Positions 55,359 through 64,000 of a stretch of 64,000 bases of DNA are shown in pieces. The translations under genes were made by a program, and so were the position numbers. This DNA comes from Planctomycetota bacterium (GTDB lineage: Bacteria; Planctomycetota; B15-G4). The notes under the pieces are model-generated. The model was not told the origin of the DNA. It saw only the letters and a list, made by a program, of their open reading frames with translations, and did no database searches. The first letter of the stretch is position 1, and each line of letters starts with the position of its first letter. Location of the stretch: contig JBBQUR010000006.1 in the NCBI GenBank assembly GCA_038212275.1, forward strand, positions 128,001-192,000, in the 5' to 3' direction.

Positions 55359-56009
55359 ATGTCCTCTGAAGCCACGCTCGTGACCGCTCGCCATTTCGAG
55401 TATCTGGCCGCTCGCACCGCGCCCGAGGGCGAGTTCCTCGGGCAGCTGAAGGCGGCGGCGAGCGCGGCCGGCATCCCGTCCATCTGGATCTCGCCCGCGC
55501 AGGCCAGCCTCATGCAGATCCTGCTGAAGCTCCAGCGCGCGCGCACCGTGCTGGAGGTGGGCACGCTGGCCGGCTACTCGGCCATCGCGATGGCGCGCGC
55601 CCTGCCGCCCGACGGCCACGTGCACACCATCGAGCTCTCCGACAAGCATGCGGACTTCGCGCAGGCCTGGGTGGCGCGCTCGGACGTGGCGGGGCGGGTG
55701 ACGGTCCATCGCGGCGCCGGCCTCGCCGTGCTGCCGCAGTTCGACGCGGACTCCGCCGACGCCGCTTTCCTCGATGCGGACAAGGGCAACTATCCCGGCT
55801 ACCTGCAGCACGCCCTGCGCATCGTGCGCAGCGGCGGGCTCATCATGGTGGACAACGCCTTCGCCTTCGGTCAGCTGCTCGACGAGCACCCGACCGACCG
55901 CGAGGTCGGCGCGGTGCGCGCCTTCAACGAGATCATGGCCGCCGAGAAGCGCGTGCAGGCCGTCATCGTGCCCATCGGCGACGGCCTCTGGGTGGGCGTC
56001 AAGCGCTGA
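55359..56009 (+). CDS. O-methyltransferase (caffeoyl-CoA/catechol OMT family)
   Basis: VLEVGTLAGYS, FLDADKGNY, GGLIMVDN and PIGDG motifs; AGGAG RBS before ATG 55359. Confidence 0.92.
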   Translation: MSSEATLVTARHFEYLAARTAPEGEFLGQLKAAASAAGIPSIWISPAQASLMQILLKLQRARTVLEVGTLAGYSAIAMARALPPDGHVHTIELSDKHADFAQAWVARSDVAGRVTVHRGAGLAVLPQFDADSADAAFLDADKGNYPGYLQHALRIVRSGGLIMVDNAFAFGQLLDEHPTDREVGAVRAFNEIMAAEKRVQAVIVPIGDGLWVGVKR

Positions 56010-57528
56010 CGGTGCGGCGCGGGCCGTCGGTCCCGGCGCGCGGCGTGTCGGCTCGCGTGTTCAGCGCCACGGCGAGCAGCAGCGCCGAGGGCAGCAGCTG
56101 CAGCAGCAGCCGGTCCCAGGCGTGCGCCATCCAGTTGTCGAGGCCGGCCTTCTGGATCTCCAGCAGCATGACACCCAGGAGCACCGCGCAGAACTGACCG
56201 ACGAGCACCGCCGCCAGGGCGAGCCGGGCCAGGCTTCTCCGGTCGGCACGCACGTGGCGCATCATGCCGACGGCGCATGCCAGCAGCACGAACGGGCCCG
56301 TGACGCCCCAGAGCTCGATCTGCTTCAGGCTGTGCCACCAGCCGGCCGCCATCGCCGGCACGACCTCGGGAAGTCGCGCGAGTTGTCCGGGCGTCGGCGG
56401 TCGGATGTAGACCTGTGGCACGAAGGTCGCGGCAAGCGCCTTCCACGCGAGCAGCACGACGACCGGCAGGGCCAGCCAGGCGAGCGCGAGCCACGGCGGG
56501 CGGACACGGGCACCGGCATCCTCCGGGTGGGAGCCGGCGCTGCCGCGCGACCAGCCGAGCAGCAGTGCGCAGAGGCCGAGCGGCACGAGCAAGGAGCACC
56601 ACACGGCGCCCTCGTTCTTCATCAGCGTGGCGCTTGCGGCGGCGATCATGGCGGCGAGCACATCCGCCGGCGCGCGCGTCCTCAACGCGCGCAGCAGGAA
56701 GCCGAGGCTCGCGGCGAACTGCAGCCCGAGCGGAAAATCCACGTAGGTGGTGCCGGGCGAGCCGGGCACGGTGGCGGCGGCCATGACCGGCGTCCAGAGC
56801 AGCAGGCCCAGCGCGAGCAGCGCCGTCGTGCGGCCCGCCGCGTCGCGCAGCAGCGAGTAGAGCAGCATCAGTCCGGCGCAGAGGAAAAACAGGTAGCCGG
56901 GCTTGGCGGCGTGGTCGTCCTCGGAGCCGAGCACGCTGTACTGAGCGAAGGCCAGCAGCGGGCGGTAGAGCGGATAGTCCGGATTGGCGTGGATGCGGCG
57001 CGCGTCGGCGAAGACCTCGCTGAAGCGCCCGCCGTGGCTGGTGTCGAGCCGCGCGCCGTCGAACAACCACGCAGCCTTGGCGTTCCAGAAGGCCACGCTG
57101 TCGTAGCTGACATCCGGCAGGCCGACGAGTTGCACGGCGATGAGCAGCAGCGGCGGCAGCAGCAGGCACGCGAGCAGCGCAACGAGCCGGCGCCGTGACA
57201 CGGAGCGGGTCGCGATGGTCGCGATGGTCGCGCCGCGTGCCGCGGCGTGCGCGCGGTGCCAGCGCAGCAGTCCTGCGGGCAGCACGGCGAGTCCGGCGAT
57301 CACGAGAGCCCACACGGCGGGCGTCGTCGGCAGGGCGGGGCCCCAGGTCAGCATGACCCCGTGAAGGGCAAGCACGGCCAGCAGGGCGCCCGCGAAGTAT
57401 GCGGCGGGGAGCGCAAGCAGCGGCGGCCAGTCACGCACGCCACGGACGCGGCCGAGCAGCAGCAGGCCAAGGCCGAGCCAGCTCAAGTGCAGGGCGAGGA
57501 GCGGCAGCCATGCGCTGAGGAGGCTCAT
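55999..57528 (-). CDS. Polytopic membrane protein, GT-C glycosyltransferase-like
   Basis: Many TM helices; YDSVAFWNAKA, HANPDYP, YVDFPL and KNEG motifs. Confidence 0.7.
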   Translation of the reverse strand: MSLLSAWLPLLALHLSWLGLGLLLLGRVRGVRDWPPLLALPAAYFAGALLAVLALHGVMLTWGPALPTTPAVWALVIAGLAVLPAGLLRWHRAHAAARGATIATIATRSVSRRRLVALLACLLLPPLLLIAVQLVGLPDVSYDSVAFWNAKAAWLFDGARLDTSHGGRFSEVFADARRIHANPDYPLYRPLLAFAQYSVLGSEDDHAAKPGYLFFLCAGLMLLYSLLRDAAGRTTALLALGLLLWTPVMAAATVPGSPGTTYVDFPLGLQFAASLGFLLRALRTRAPADVLAAMIAAASATLMKNEGAVWCSLLVPLGLCALLLGWSRGSAGSHPEDAGARVRPPWLALAWLALPVVVLLAWKALAATFVPQVYIRPPTPGQLARLPEVVPAMAAGWWHSLKQIELWGVTGPFVLLACAVGMMRHVRADRRSLARLALAAVLVGQFCAVLLGVMLLEIQKAGLDNWMAHAWDRLLLQLLPSALLLAVALNTRADTPRAGTDGPRRTVSA

Positions 57529-57962
57529 TTCGACTCGCTGCCGCCGGGCACGAGCGTCCAGCCGAGCGGATCGCCGTTGGTGAGCGTCAGCAGGTGGAAG
57601 GACTGCTGCTGCGCCGTCAGCTCCGCGCGCAGGGCGTCGCTGTCCGCGAAGACTCGGCGCCCCGGAAAGCGCGCAGCGACGAACGGCGTCGGCACGCCGT
57701 GGGTGGAGAGCAGGATCGCGTCGTCCGCGGGCAGCGCTTCGATGGCGGTGTACACGGGCAGCAGCCGCGCGTACCAGCCATCGTGTTCGCGGCGCAGCGT
57801 CTCGCTGTCATGCGCGGCGACGTCGGCAACGAGCGTCGTGAGCGCGGGGAACAGCGCCGTCGGGCCCGGCCGCAGCGCGATCACGATGCTGGCGAGCAGC
57901 CCGAGGCCGAGCGCCGCGACGAGCGCCGGATGCGGAGGGGGTGTCGGAGCGCGTGGCGGCAC
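57525..57962 (-). CDS. Small membrane-anchored hypothetical protein
   Basis: Probable GTG start at 57962; TM helix ALVAALGLGLLASIVIAL; stop overlaps the next ATG (ATGA). Confidence 0.5.
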   Translation of the reverse strand: MPPRAPTPPPHPALVAALGLGLLASIVIALRPGPTALFPALTTLVADVAAHDSETLRREHDGWYARLLPVYTAIEALPADDAILLSTHGVPTPFVAARFPGRRVFADSDALRAELTAQQQSFHLLTLTNGDPLGWTLVPGGSESK

Positions 57963-58036
57963 GCCGCGATCTTCGCTTCCCGCGGCCGTCGTTGCACGAG
58001 GGCGGCCCCGTGCGGCGGGCCTGCCCGAGCCCCGCG

Positions 58037-59884
58037 TCAGGGCGTGATGGTCGTGGTGCTGACCCCGGAGGCGCCGGTGAAGCCGCCGTGGAAAGTGACC
58101 ACCTGCGAGTGGAACACGACGCCGACCGCGCTGGCCGGCACCCAGATCGGCAGCGACCCCAGGCCGCGTCCATCGAGGCTGCCGCTCGAGAGCATCACGA
58201 AGTGCTGCAGGATGTCCCAGCCATTCCACGGGAGGGTCGAGTCGTCGAGCGCGATGAGCAGCGCCCATGACTGCTGGCTGCCGCCGCCGAAGCTCCAGTG
58301 CGCCGAGGCAGCTCCGGGAATGTCGGTCGGGATGTCGAGCCGGGGCGGGGCCGTCTCGATCCACGTGATCGCGGCGCTGTCGCTCGTGCCGCCCGGGCCC
58401 GTGAGCGTGAGCGTGCCGGGGCCGAGCGCGGGGGCGTCCGGCAGCGTGACGAGGAGGTTCTGTTCGTCCGCGGCGGAGAAGGCCAGCGCCGGCACGCCGC
58501 CCGCACTCACGGCGGACACGGCGGACATCCCGCTGCCTGTGATGGCGAGCGTGGCGCCATGGAAAGCTTCCACGCCGGCGGGTGCGAGGGCGCTGATCTC
58601 GGGAGCGAGCGGCGGCACGAGCGCGTTCAGCGCGGCCGCCATGTCGATGCGCCCGTGCGCGACCCAGGTCCCGACGTCCACGGCGCTGCTTTCCAGCGCG
58701 GCCCGCACGAGCAGGGCGCTGCTCGGATTGCGCGTGCCGCCGAGCCGCGCGTAGAGCAGGTCCGCGGCGCCCGCCACGAGCGGGCAGGCCATCGACGTGC
58801 CGTTCATCGTCGTGTAGCCGCCGTCCTTGTACGTGGAGTAAATGGTCTGGCCCGGCGCGGCCACGTCCACCCAGCTTCCGTAGTTGGAGAAGGATGCACG
58901 GCTGTCCGAACTGGTGGACGCCGCGACGGCGATCACGAAGTCATGCGCGGCCGGATAGAACTTCGTGGCCACGCCGTCGTTGCCGGCCGCCGCGACGAGC
59001 ACGCAGCCCGCATCGCGCGCCGCCTGCAGCGAGGTGCGGATGGCGGGATCGTTGTAATTGCTGCCCCACGACATCGAGAGCACGAGCGCGCCCCGCGCGA
59101 CGGCGTCGTCGATGGCGGCGACGAGAGCGCTCGTCGGGAAGCTGCTGTTGCCGCAGCGGTAGCTCGCGAAGCGGCCGGCCCAGGCCGCGCCGGCGACGCC
59201 CACGCCGTTGTCCGTCTCCGCGGCCGCGATGCCGCAGCAGTGCGTGCCGTGGCCGTAGCTGTCCGTGGGATCGTTGTCGCCGGCGTAGGTGTCGAGGCCC
59301 CACGCGTAGTGGCCATCGAGGTCCGGGTGCGTGGTGTCCACGCCCGAATCGATGACGGCGACGACGGCGGCCGGGTCGCCCGTGTAGATGGCCCAGGCCT
59401 CGGGAGCGCGGACCTTCGAGAGGTTCCACTGGCTGCTCCACTTCGGGTCGGCCGGCACGGCGCCGGGGACGACGGCCGGCAGCGCGACGACGGGCCGGTG
59501 CAGCACGTTGGGCTGGGCGAAGCTCACGTCGGCCGTCGCCTGGTAGCGCGCGATGAAGGTGTCGAGGTCCGAGCCGGCAGGCAGCGCGACGCGCGCGAGC
59601 GACGCACTCACGGCGCCGAGCCGCTGGCAGCCCAGCGCGGTGTGGCGCGCCTGCTGCTGCGCGGCCGGCGTGCCGGGCTGGAACTGCACCAGCAGCTCGC
59701 CCGCCACGACCTGCTGGCCGCGCCACGTGGCGCTGGCGAGGTTCGGATCCGGGCGGTTCTGCGCGGAGAGCATCGCCGTGCAGCCGAGCTGCAGCGCACA
59801 GGCGATCAGCACCCGCAGGAGGCGTCGCACGGCGGGAGGGTTCGGCGGAGGCGAGGGCTGGCACATCGGGACGGACTCCGGCAT
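58037..59884 (-). CDS. Secreted S8 subtilase (thermitase-like) with IPT/TIG-like and C-terminal domains
   Basis: Catalytic triad motifs VIDSG, HGTHCCG and GTSMACP; AAGN oxyanion hole; propeptide; exact start uncertain. Confidence 0.92.
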   Translation of the reverse strand: MPESVPMCQPSPPPNPPAVRRLLRVLIACALQLGCTAMLSAQNRPDPNLASATWRGQQVVAGELLVQFQPGTPAAQQQARHTALGCQRLGAVSASLARVALPAGSDLDTFIARYQATADVSFAQPNVLHRPVVALPAVVPGAVPADPKWSSQWNLSKVRAPEAWAIYTGDPAAVVAVIDSGVDTTHPDLDGHYAWGLDTYAGDNDPTDSYGHGTHCCGIAAAETDNGVGVAGAAWAGRFASYRCGNSSFPTSALVAAIDDAVARGALVLSMSWGSNYNDPAIRTSLQAARDAGCVLVAAAGNDGVATKFYPAAHDFVIAVAASTSSDSRASFSNYGSWVDVAAPGQTIYSTYKDGGYTTMNGTSMACPLVAGAADLLYARLGGTRNPSSALLVRAALESSAVDVGTWVAHGRIDMAAALNALVPPLAPEISALAPAGVEAFHGATLAITGSGMSAVSAVSAGGVPALAFSAADEQNLLVTLPDAPALGPGTLTLTGPGGTSDSAAITWIETAPPRLDIPTDIPGAASAHWSFGGGSQQSWALLIALDDSTLPWNGWDILQHFVMLSSGSLDGRGLGSLPIWVPASAVGVVFHSQVVTFHGGFTGASGVSTTTITP

Positions 59885-59944
59885 CGGGCGGATGTCCCGT
59901 TCTTCGGCACGCTCGCGTCGTGCCCTGAGCTCAATCGCGGCGAT

Positions 59945-60676
59945 TCAGTCGGCGGGGCGGCCTGCGGGGCCCGCGCCGGACTTGCCGCCGAGGCCGGCCG
60001 CGGCGGCCTGCGCGCGCTGCTGGGCGCGCCGGTGGCGGATGACCACGCCTTCGACGAGGAAGACGACGTCCTCCGCGATGTTGGTGGTCTGGTCGGCCAT
60101 GCGCTCGAGCTGCCGGCTGGCGGAGAGCAGGTCCACGCAGCGCTCGACGCTGGCCGGCGCGCTCTGCATGCGCGCCTGCAGCGCCGCGAAATTCTCCCGG
60201 TGGATCTCGTTGACCTGCCGGTCGCGCGCGCAGACGTCGCGCGCCAGCTCGGAGTTGCGCGAGACGAGCGCGTCGAGCGCGTCGTGCAGCATGACGCGCA
60301 CGACCTCGGTCATGCGTTCGAACTGCAGCGGGAGGTCGAGCGGGTCGTGCGCCGCGAGGTCCAGGGCGCGCTCGGCCATGTTGCAGGCGAGATCGCCGAT
60401 GCGCTCGAGGTCGTTGTTGATCTTGAGCACGGCCGTGATGTAGCGGAGATCGGAGGCGACGGGCTGGTGCAGGGCGAGGATGCGCAGGCACTCCTCGTCC
60501 ACGTCCAGCTCGACCATGTCGATCGAGTCGTCGGCTTCGAGCACGCGGCGCGCGAGATCGACGCGGCGCTGCGTGAGCGCGGTGGTCGCGTTGCGCGTCG
60601 CTTCCTCGACCATGCCGCCCATGCGCAGGATGCGCTGACGCAGCAGCTGCAGGTCGTCGTCGAGGGACTTGGTCAC
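59945..60676 (-). CDS. phoU: Phosphate signalling complex protein PhoU
   Basis: LALHQPVASDLR, DLERIGDLA and LERMADQTTNIAEDV motifs; GTG 60676 overlaps the phoR stop. Confidence 0.93.
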   Translation of the reverse strand: MTKSLDDDLQLLRQRILRMGGMVEEATRNATTALTQRRVDLARRVLEADDSIDMVELDVDEECLRILALHQPVASDLRYITAVLKINNDLERIGDLACNMAERALDLAAHDPLDLPLQFERMTEVVRVMLHDALDALVSRNSELARDVCARDRQVNEIHRENFAALQARMQSAPASVERCVDLLSASRQLERMADQTTNIAEDVVFLVEGVVIRHRRAQQRAQAAAAGLGGKSGAGPAGRPAD

Positions 60677-62628
60677 GGGGACTCGGTGGGTGACGCCCGG
60701 GTGGCGGGCGCTCCTGGTGCGGGCGCCGACTTCGTTCGAGGCCCGGTCGCGGGCGCCAAGGTAGCCGGGCCGGAGGGCAAGGCCAAGCCTGCTGCCTGCG
60801 GGGCACCGGGCGCCGCCCCGGCGGTCCGCAGCGGAATGGTGATGCGGAAGCTGCTGCCCCGTCCGAGGGTGCTCTGGACCGAGGCCCGGCCGCCGTGGGC
60901 GCGCGCGACGTGGCGCACGATGGAAAGCCCGAGTCCGGTGCCGCCCAGCTCGCGCGAGCGGTTCTTGTCCACCCGGTAGAAGCGCTCGAAGATGCGCTCG
61001 GTCTCGTGGGCGGGGATGCCGGGGCCGGTGTCGGAGACCTCCACCCAGGCCTCGCCACCCGGGCTGCCTTCCGCGCCGGACGGAGCCGTGGTGCCCAGCT
61101 CGAGGCGCACGCGGCTGTCTTCCGGCGAGTACTTGATGGCGTTGTCGAGCAGGTTGGTGATCGCCGTGGCCAGGGCAGTGCGGTCGCCGAGCACCGGCAC
61201 CTCCGTGCCGGGCAGGCCGGCCTGCAGCTGGATGCGGCGCAGCGCGGCGGCGGAGGATGCGTCCTCGTGGCACGAGGCGGCGATCTCGCGCAGGTCGAGC
61301 GGCTGGAGCTGCAGTGCGCCGTCCTCGGCCTCGATGCGAGCCAGCGAGAGCAGGTCGCTCACGATGGCGACCATGCGGTCGGTGTTCTCCCGCGCACGCT
61401 GCAGGAAGCGCGTGCGCGTGGCGGGCACCATGTCGGGTTCGTCGAGCACGGCTTCGACGAAGCCGCGCATGGAGGTGAGCGGCGTCTTCAGTTCGTGGCT
61501 CACGTTGGTCACGAAGTCGCGGCGCACGAGTTCGAGGCGGCGCACCTCCGTCAGGTCCTGCAGCACGAGGACGCAGCCCCACGGGCCGTGGTCGTCGGCG
61601 AGGGGCGAGGCGGTGAGGCGCAACACGCGGTCGTGGTTGTCGCCGACGAGGAGCGCCTCGCCCGTCGCGATGCGCCCCTGCGCAAGACAGCGCGCGATGA
61701 CGTCGACGATCTCGAGCGTGCGCGTGACCTCCCACACCGGGCGCCCGCGCGCCTGGCCGGGCGGCACCTCAAGGATGGTTGCCGCCGCGGCGTTCAGGAG
61801 GACGATGCGCTGGCTGGCGTCCGTGGCGAGCACGCCTTCGGTCATCGAGGAGAGCACTGCGAGCAGCTCCGTCTGGTCGCGAAGGATGCGCTGGAAACGC
61901 TCGTCGAGGCGGTCGGCCATGATGTTGACCGCCGATGCGAGGCCCGAGAGCTCGCCCTGGCCGGAGACGGGCAGGCGTTCAGCAGTCTCGCCGCGCGCCA
62001 CGCCGTCCACGAAGGTCGTGATGCGCTGCATCGGCCGGTTCACGCCGCGCGCCAGGATGAGAGCGGCCAGCGCTCCGAGCGCCAGCGCCACGCCCGCCGA
62101 GAGCAGCAGCGCGGAGCGCAGGCTTGCGTGCTCCGCGGCGAGGTCGTCCGCCGGGATGGCCACGCGCGCGTAGCCGAGCAGCGAGCCGTCGGCGCTCTCG
62201 ATGGGGAGAGCGTCGTAGAGCATGTCGACGCCGAGCGTGCGGCTCCAGCGCAGCACGGGTTCGTGCGGACAGCGCGCCGCGAGGATCTCCGGACGGGTGG
62301 CGTGGTTGTCCATGTCCTGCGCGCGTTCGTGCGTGTCGGCCACGACCGTGCCGTCGGGGAGCACGATGGTGAAGCGCCGGCCGGGAGCGAGCGACGCGGC
62401 ACGGGAGAGCAGGTCGGGCAGCTCGACGCCGAGCTGCGCCGGGCTGTCGCCGCGTTCGAGCGGAGCGCGGCACGCGGCGGCCAGCAGCGCCGCGTGACCC
62501 GCCAGCTCGCGCCGCGTGGCGGAGGCGCCGAGTTCGGTCAGCTGATCGAATGCCAGCGTGCCCATGACGGCCAGCGCGACGGCGGCAGCGAGCGCGATCG
62601 CGGCGAAGACCTTCCAGAAACCCGTCAT
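60673..62628 (-). CDS. phoR: Phosphate regulon sensor histidine kinase (TM-HAMP-PAS-HisKA-HATPase)
   Basis: MDNHATRPE, DFVTNVSHELKTPLT, NLLDNAIKYS, DTGPGI and FERFYRVDKNRSRELGGTGLGL motifs; lies between phoB and phoU. Confidence 0.92.
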   Translation of the reverse strand: MTGFWKVFAAIALAAAVALAVMGTLAFDQLTELGASATRRELAGHAALLAAACRAPLERGDSPAQLGVELPDLLSRAASLAPGRRFTIVLPDGTVVADTHERAQDMDNHATRPEILAARCPHEPVLRWSRTLGVDMLYDALPIESADGSLLGYARVAIPADDLAAEHASLRSALLLSAGVALALGALAALILARGVNRPMQRITTFVDGVARGETAERLPVSGQGELSGLASAVNIMADRLDERFQRILRDQTELLAVLSSMTEGVLATDASQRIVLLNAAAATILEVPPGQARGRPVWEVTRTLEIVDVIARCLAQGRIATGEALLVGDNHDRVLRLTASPLADDHGPWGCVLVLQDLTEVRRLELVRRDFVTNVSHELKTPLTSMRGFVEAVLDEPDMVPATRTRFLQRARENTDRMVAIVSDLLSLARIEAEDGALQLQPLDLREIAASCHEDASSAAALRRIQLQAGLPGTEVPVLGDRTALATAITNLLDNAIKYSPEDSRVRLELGTTAPSGAEGSPGGEAWVEVSDTGPGIPAHETERIFERFYRVDKNRSRELGGTGLGLSIVRHVARAHGGRASVQSTLGRGSSFRITIPLRTAGAAPGAPQAAGLALPSGPATLAPATGPRTKSAPAPGAPATRASPTESP

Positions 62629-62739
62629 CGTCGTGGCTGCTCGGTGGGGCGACGGGCGTCGCCCGAGGTCTGATGAACGAGGCGTTTCGAAAGGGAGCCG
62701 TCGCGGGTCAACTGTCGTCGCGGGCCCGATGCGGCCGGA

Positions 62740-63441
62740 TCAGCTCGGCGCCTCGGCGAAACGATAACCGATCGCACGCACCGTCTCGATGAGGTGGCGC
62801 TGCGGCCCGAGTTTCTTGCGGATCGTGCGCACGTGCACGTCGATGTTCCGCTCCATGACCATGGAGTTGGGTCCCATGGATGCGGTCAGGATCTGGTCGC
62901 GCGTGAACACGCGGCCGGGGCGCGATGCGAGGTAGTGCAGGATGCGGAATTCCGTGGCGGTCATGGGCACTTCCGCCTCGCCCAGCGTGACGCGATGGCG
63001 CACCGGGTCGATGCGCAGAGCGCCGACGACGAGGGCTCGCTTGTCGTCCGGGCCGCGGGCCTCCTCGCGCGTGCGGCGCAGCACGGCGCGCACCCGGGCC
63101 AGCAGCTCGTTGGGCTTGAACGGCTTGGCGATGTAGTCGTCGGCTCCGAGACCGAGCCCCAGCACGACATCGCTCTCCTCACCCTTGGCCGAGACCATGA
63201 TGATGGCCGCACCGGCGGCGGCGCCGTCGGCGCGCAGGCGGCGGCAGACCTCGAGGCCGTCCATGCCGGGCAGCATGAGGTCGAGCAGCACGAGGTCGGG
63301 CACGACGCGTCGCGCCGCGGCAAGCGCAGCCTGCCCGTCGGCAGCCGTCGCGACGTCGTAACCGTCGCGCGTGAGGCTGTAGTTCAGCAGCTCGAGGATG
63401 TCGGGCTCGTCGTCGACGATGAGGATCTTGCTTCGGCTCAT
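62740..63441 (-). CDS. phoB: OmpR/PhoB-family response regulator
   Basis: Receiver domain (DDE, LLDLMLP, KPF) plus winged helix (RNIDVHVRTIRKKL, ETVRAIGY); context with phoR and phoU. Confidence 0.9.
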   Translation of the reverse strand: MSRSKILIVDDEPDILELLNYSLTRDGYDVATAADGQAALAAARRVVPDLVLLDLMLPGMDGLEVCRRLRADGAAAGAAIIMVSAKGEESDVVLGLGLGADDYIAKPFKPNELLARVRAVLRRTREEARGPDDKRALVVGALRIDPVRHRVTLGEAEVPMTATEFRILHYLASRPGRVFTRDQILTASMGPNSMVMERNIDVHVRTIRKKLGPQRHLIETVRAIGYRFAEAPS

Positions 63442-63674
63442 GGGTTTCAGATTGCCCGTGCCCTGTCAAGAAAGCATGAAGGTTCATCGGGCGGAAGCGC
63501 GCGGGCTTGCCGAGTGCGGTGCCCGCCACGCCGCGCTCGCGTCGTACATGCAATCTTTACACATCAGGACACGGCGGCGCACGCACGTGACTTGATCGCG
63601 ACTCCGCCTCGCCGGCATGCTCTGCCGCCGTTGGAGCTTGGTGGGTCGCCCGGTTGCCGTGTTCCTTCGCCACG

Positions 63675-63741
63675 ATGAATGCGCCATGAGGCCGCGTGAA
63701 GATCGAGAGAAATTTGCTCGTGACGATCACGCGATCTTCAT
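63675..63741. promoter_or_regulatory. Candidate divergent Pho-box-like half-site arrays
   Basis: Minus strand TCAC/TCAT/TCAT (63699, 63689, 63678; periods 10 and 11); plus strand TCAC 63727 and TCAT 63738 (period 11); 9-bp inverted repeat TGAAGATCG(63697)/CGATCTTCA(63740). Confidence 0.35.
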
Positions 63742-63799
63742 ATGAGGCGGTTTTCATCGTGCCCATCCCTTCACAGGCACCTCCGGAGACCTCGGATCC

Positions 63800-64000
63800 A
63801 TGAGACAGCTGTTTCGCCTTGCTCCCGCCACGCTCGCCGCGCTGCTCGGCGCGCTGCCCGCAGCCACTGCCGCCCAGGCCACGGATGCCAGCACGGTCGA
63901 TGTCGCCATCCTCGACATCCTGCGTGCCCGCGGCATCATCGACAGTGCGCAGTACGAGGAACTCGTGGCGCTTGCGCACGAGAAGGCAGCCTCCGCGTCT
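63800..64000 (+). CDS. Secreted protein, probable (phosphate-selective) porin, partial
   Basis: GGAG RBS, ATG 63800, signal peptide MRQLFRLAPATLAALLGALPAATAAQA, then ILDILRARGIIDSAQYEEL resembling porin N-termini; divergent from phoB; truncated by the window edge. Confidence 0.55.
   Translation, partial: MRQLFRLAPATLAALLGALPAATAAQATDASTVDVAILDILRARGIIDSAQYEELVALAHEKAASAS

Noticed and set aside
59945..61735. 596-aa ORF as a long PhoU fusion
   Set aside because: The upstream part overlaps phoR in another frame; PhoU similarity begins at GTG 60676.
62647..62664. GGGCGAC/GTCGCCC hairpin between phoB and phoR
   Set aside because: A 7-bp GC stem without a U-tract is expected by chance at this GC content.

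Overview
High-GC (roughly 70% by eye) bacterial window; gene style suggests an uncultured Planctomycetota-like lineage (inference, not a database result). From left to right: (i) a minus-strand, translationally coupled rsmE-udg-pilM/N-pilO-like-X-secretin-TPR-TPR operon; (ii) pepA, a hypothetical gene, an HpcH/HpaI aldolase, tRNA-Cys(GCA) and a P1B heavy-metal ATPase; (iii) a small surface-glycosylation block; (iv) three secreted proteins and an Sfp-type PPTase, divergent from (v) a ~25 kb three-gene hybrid NRPS-PKS cluster (28381-53423; six NRPS modules plus one KS-AT-KR-ACP module) with an atypical N-terminal C domain, a 1-nt frameshift inside the KS and no release domain; (vi) an M32 carboxypeptidase, an O-methyltransferase, a GT-C-like membrane protein and an S8 protease; (vii) phoU-phoR-phoB divergent from a probable porin. 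The main candidates for undescribed biology are the orphan NRPS-PKS (hand-predicted core X-Gly-Pro-[Ile+malonate, reduced = isostatine-like]-Gly/Ala-X-Gly) and a ~105-135 aa C-terminal domain shared by four secreted proteins from three unrelated families, a possible lineage-specific sorting signal. No integrase, transposase, CRISPR array or rRNA was seen. All domain and substrate calls come from reading motifs by eye.
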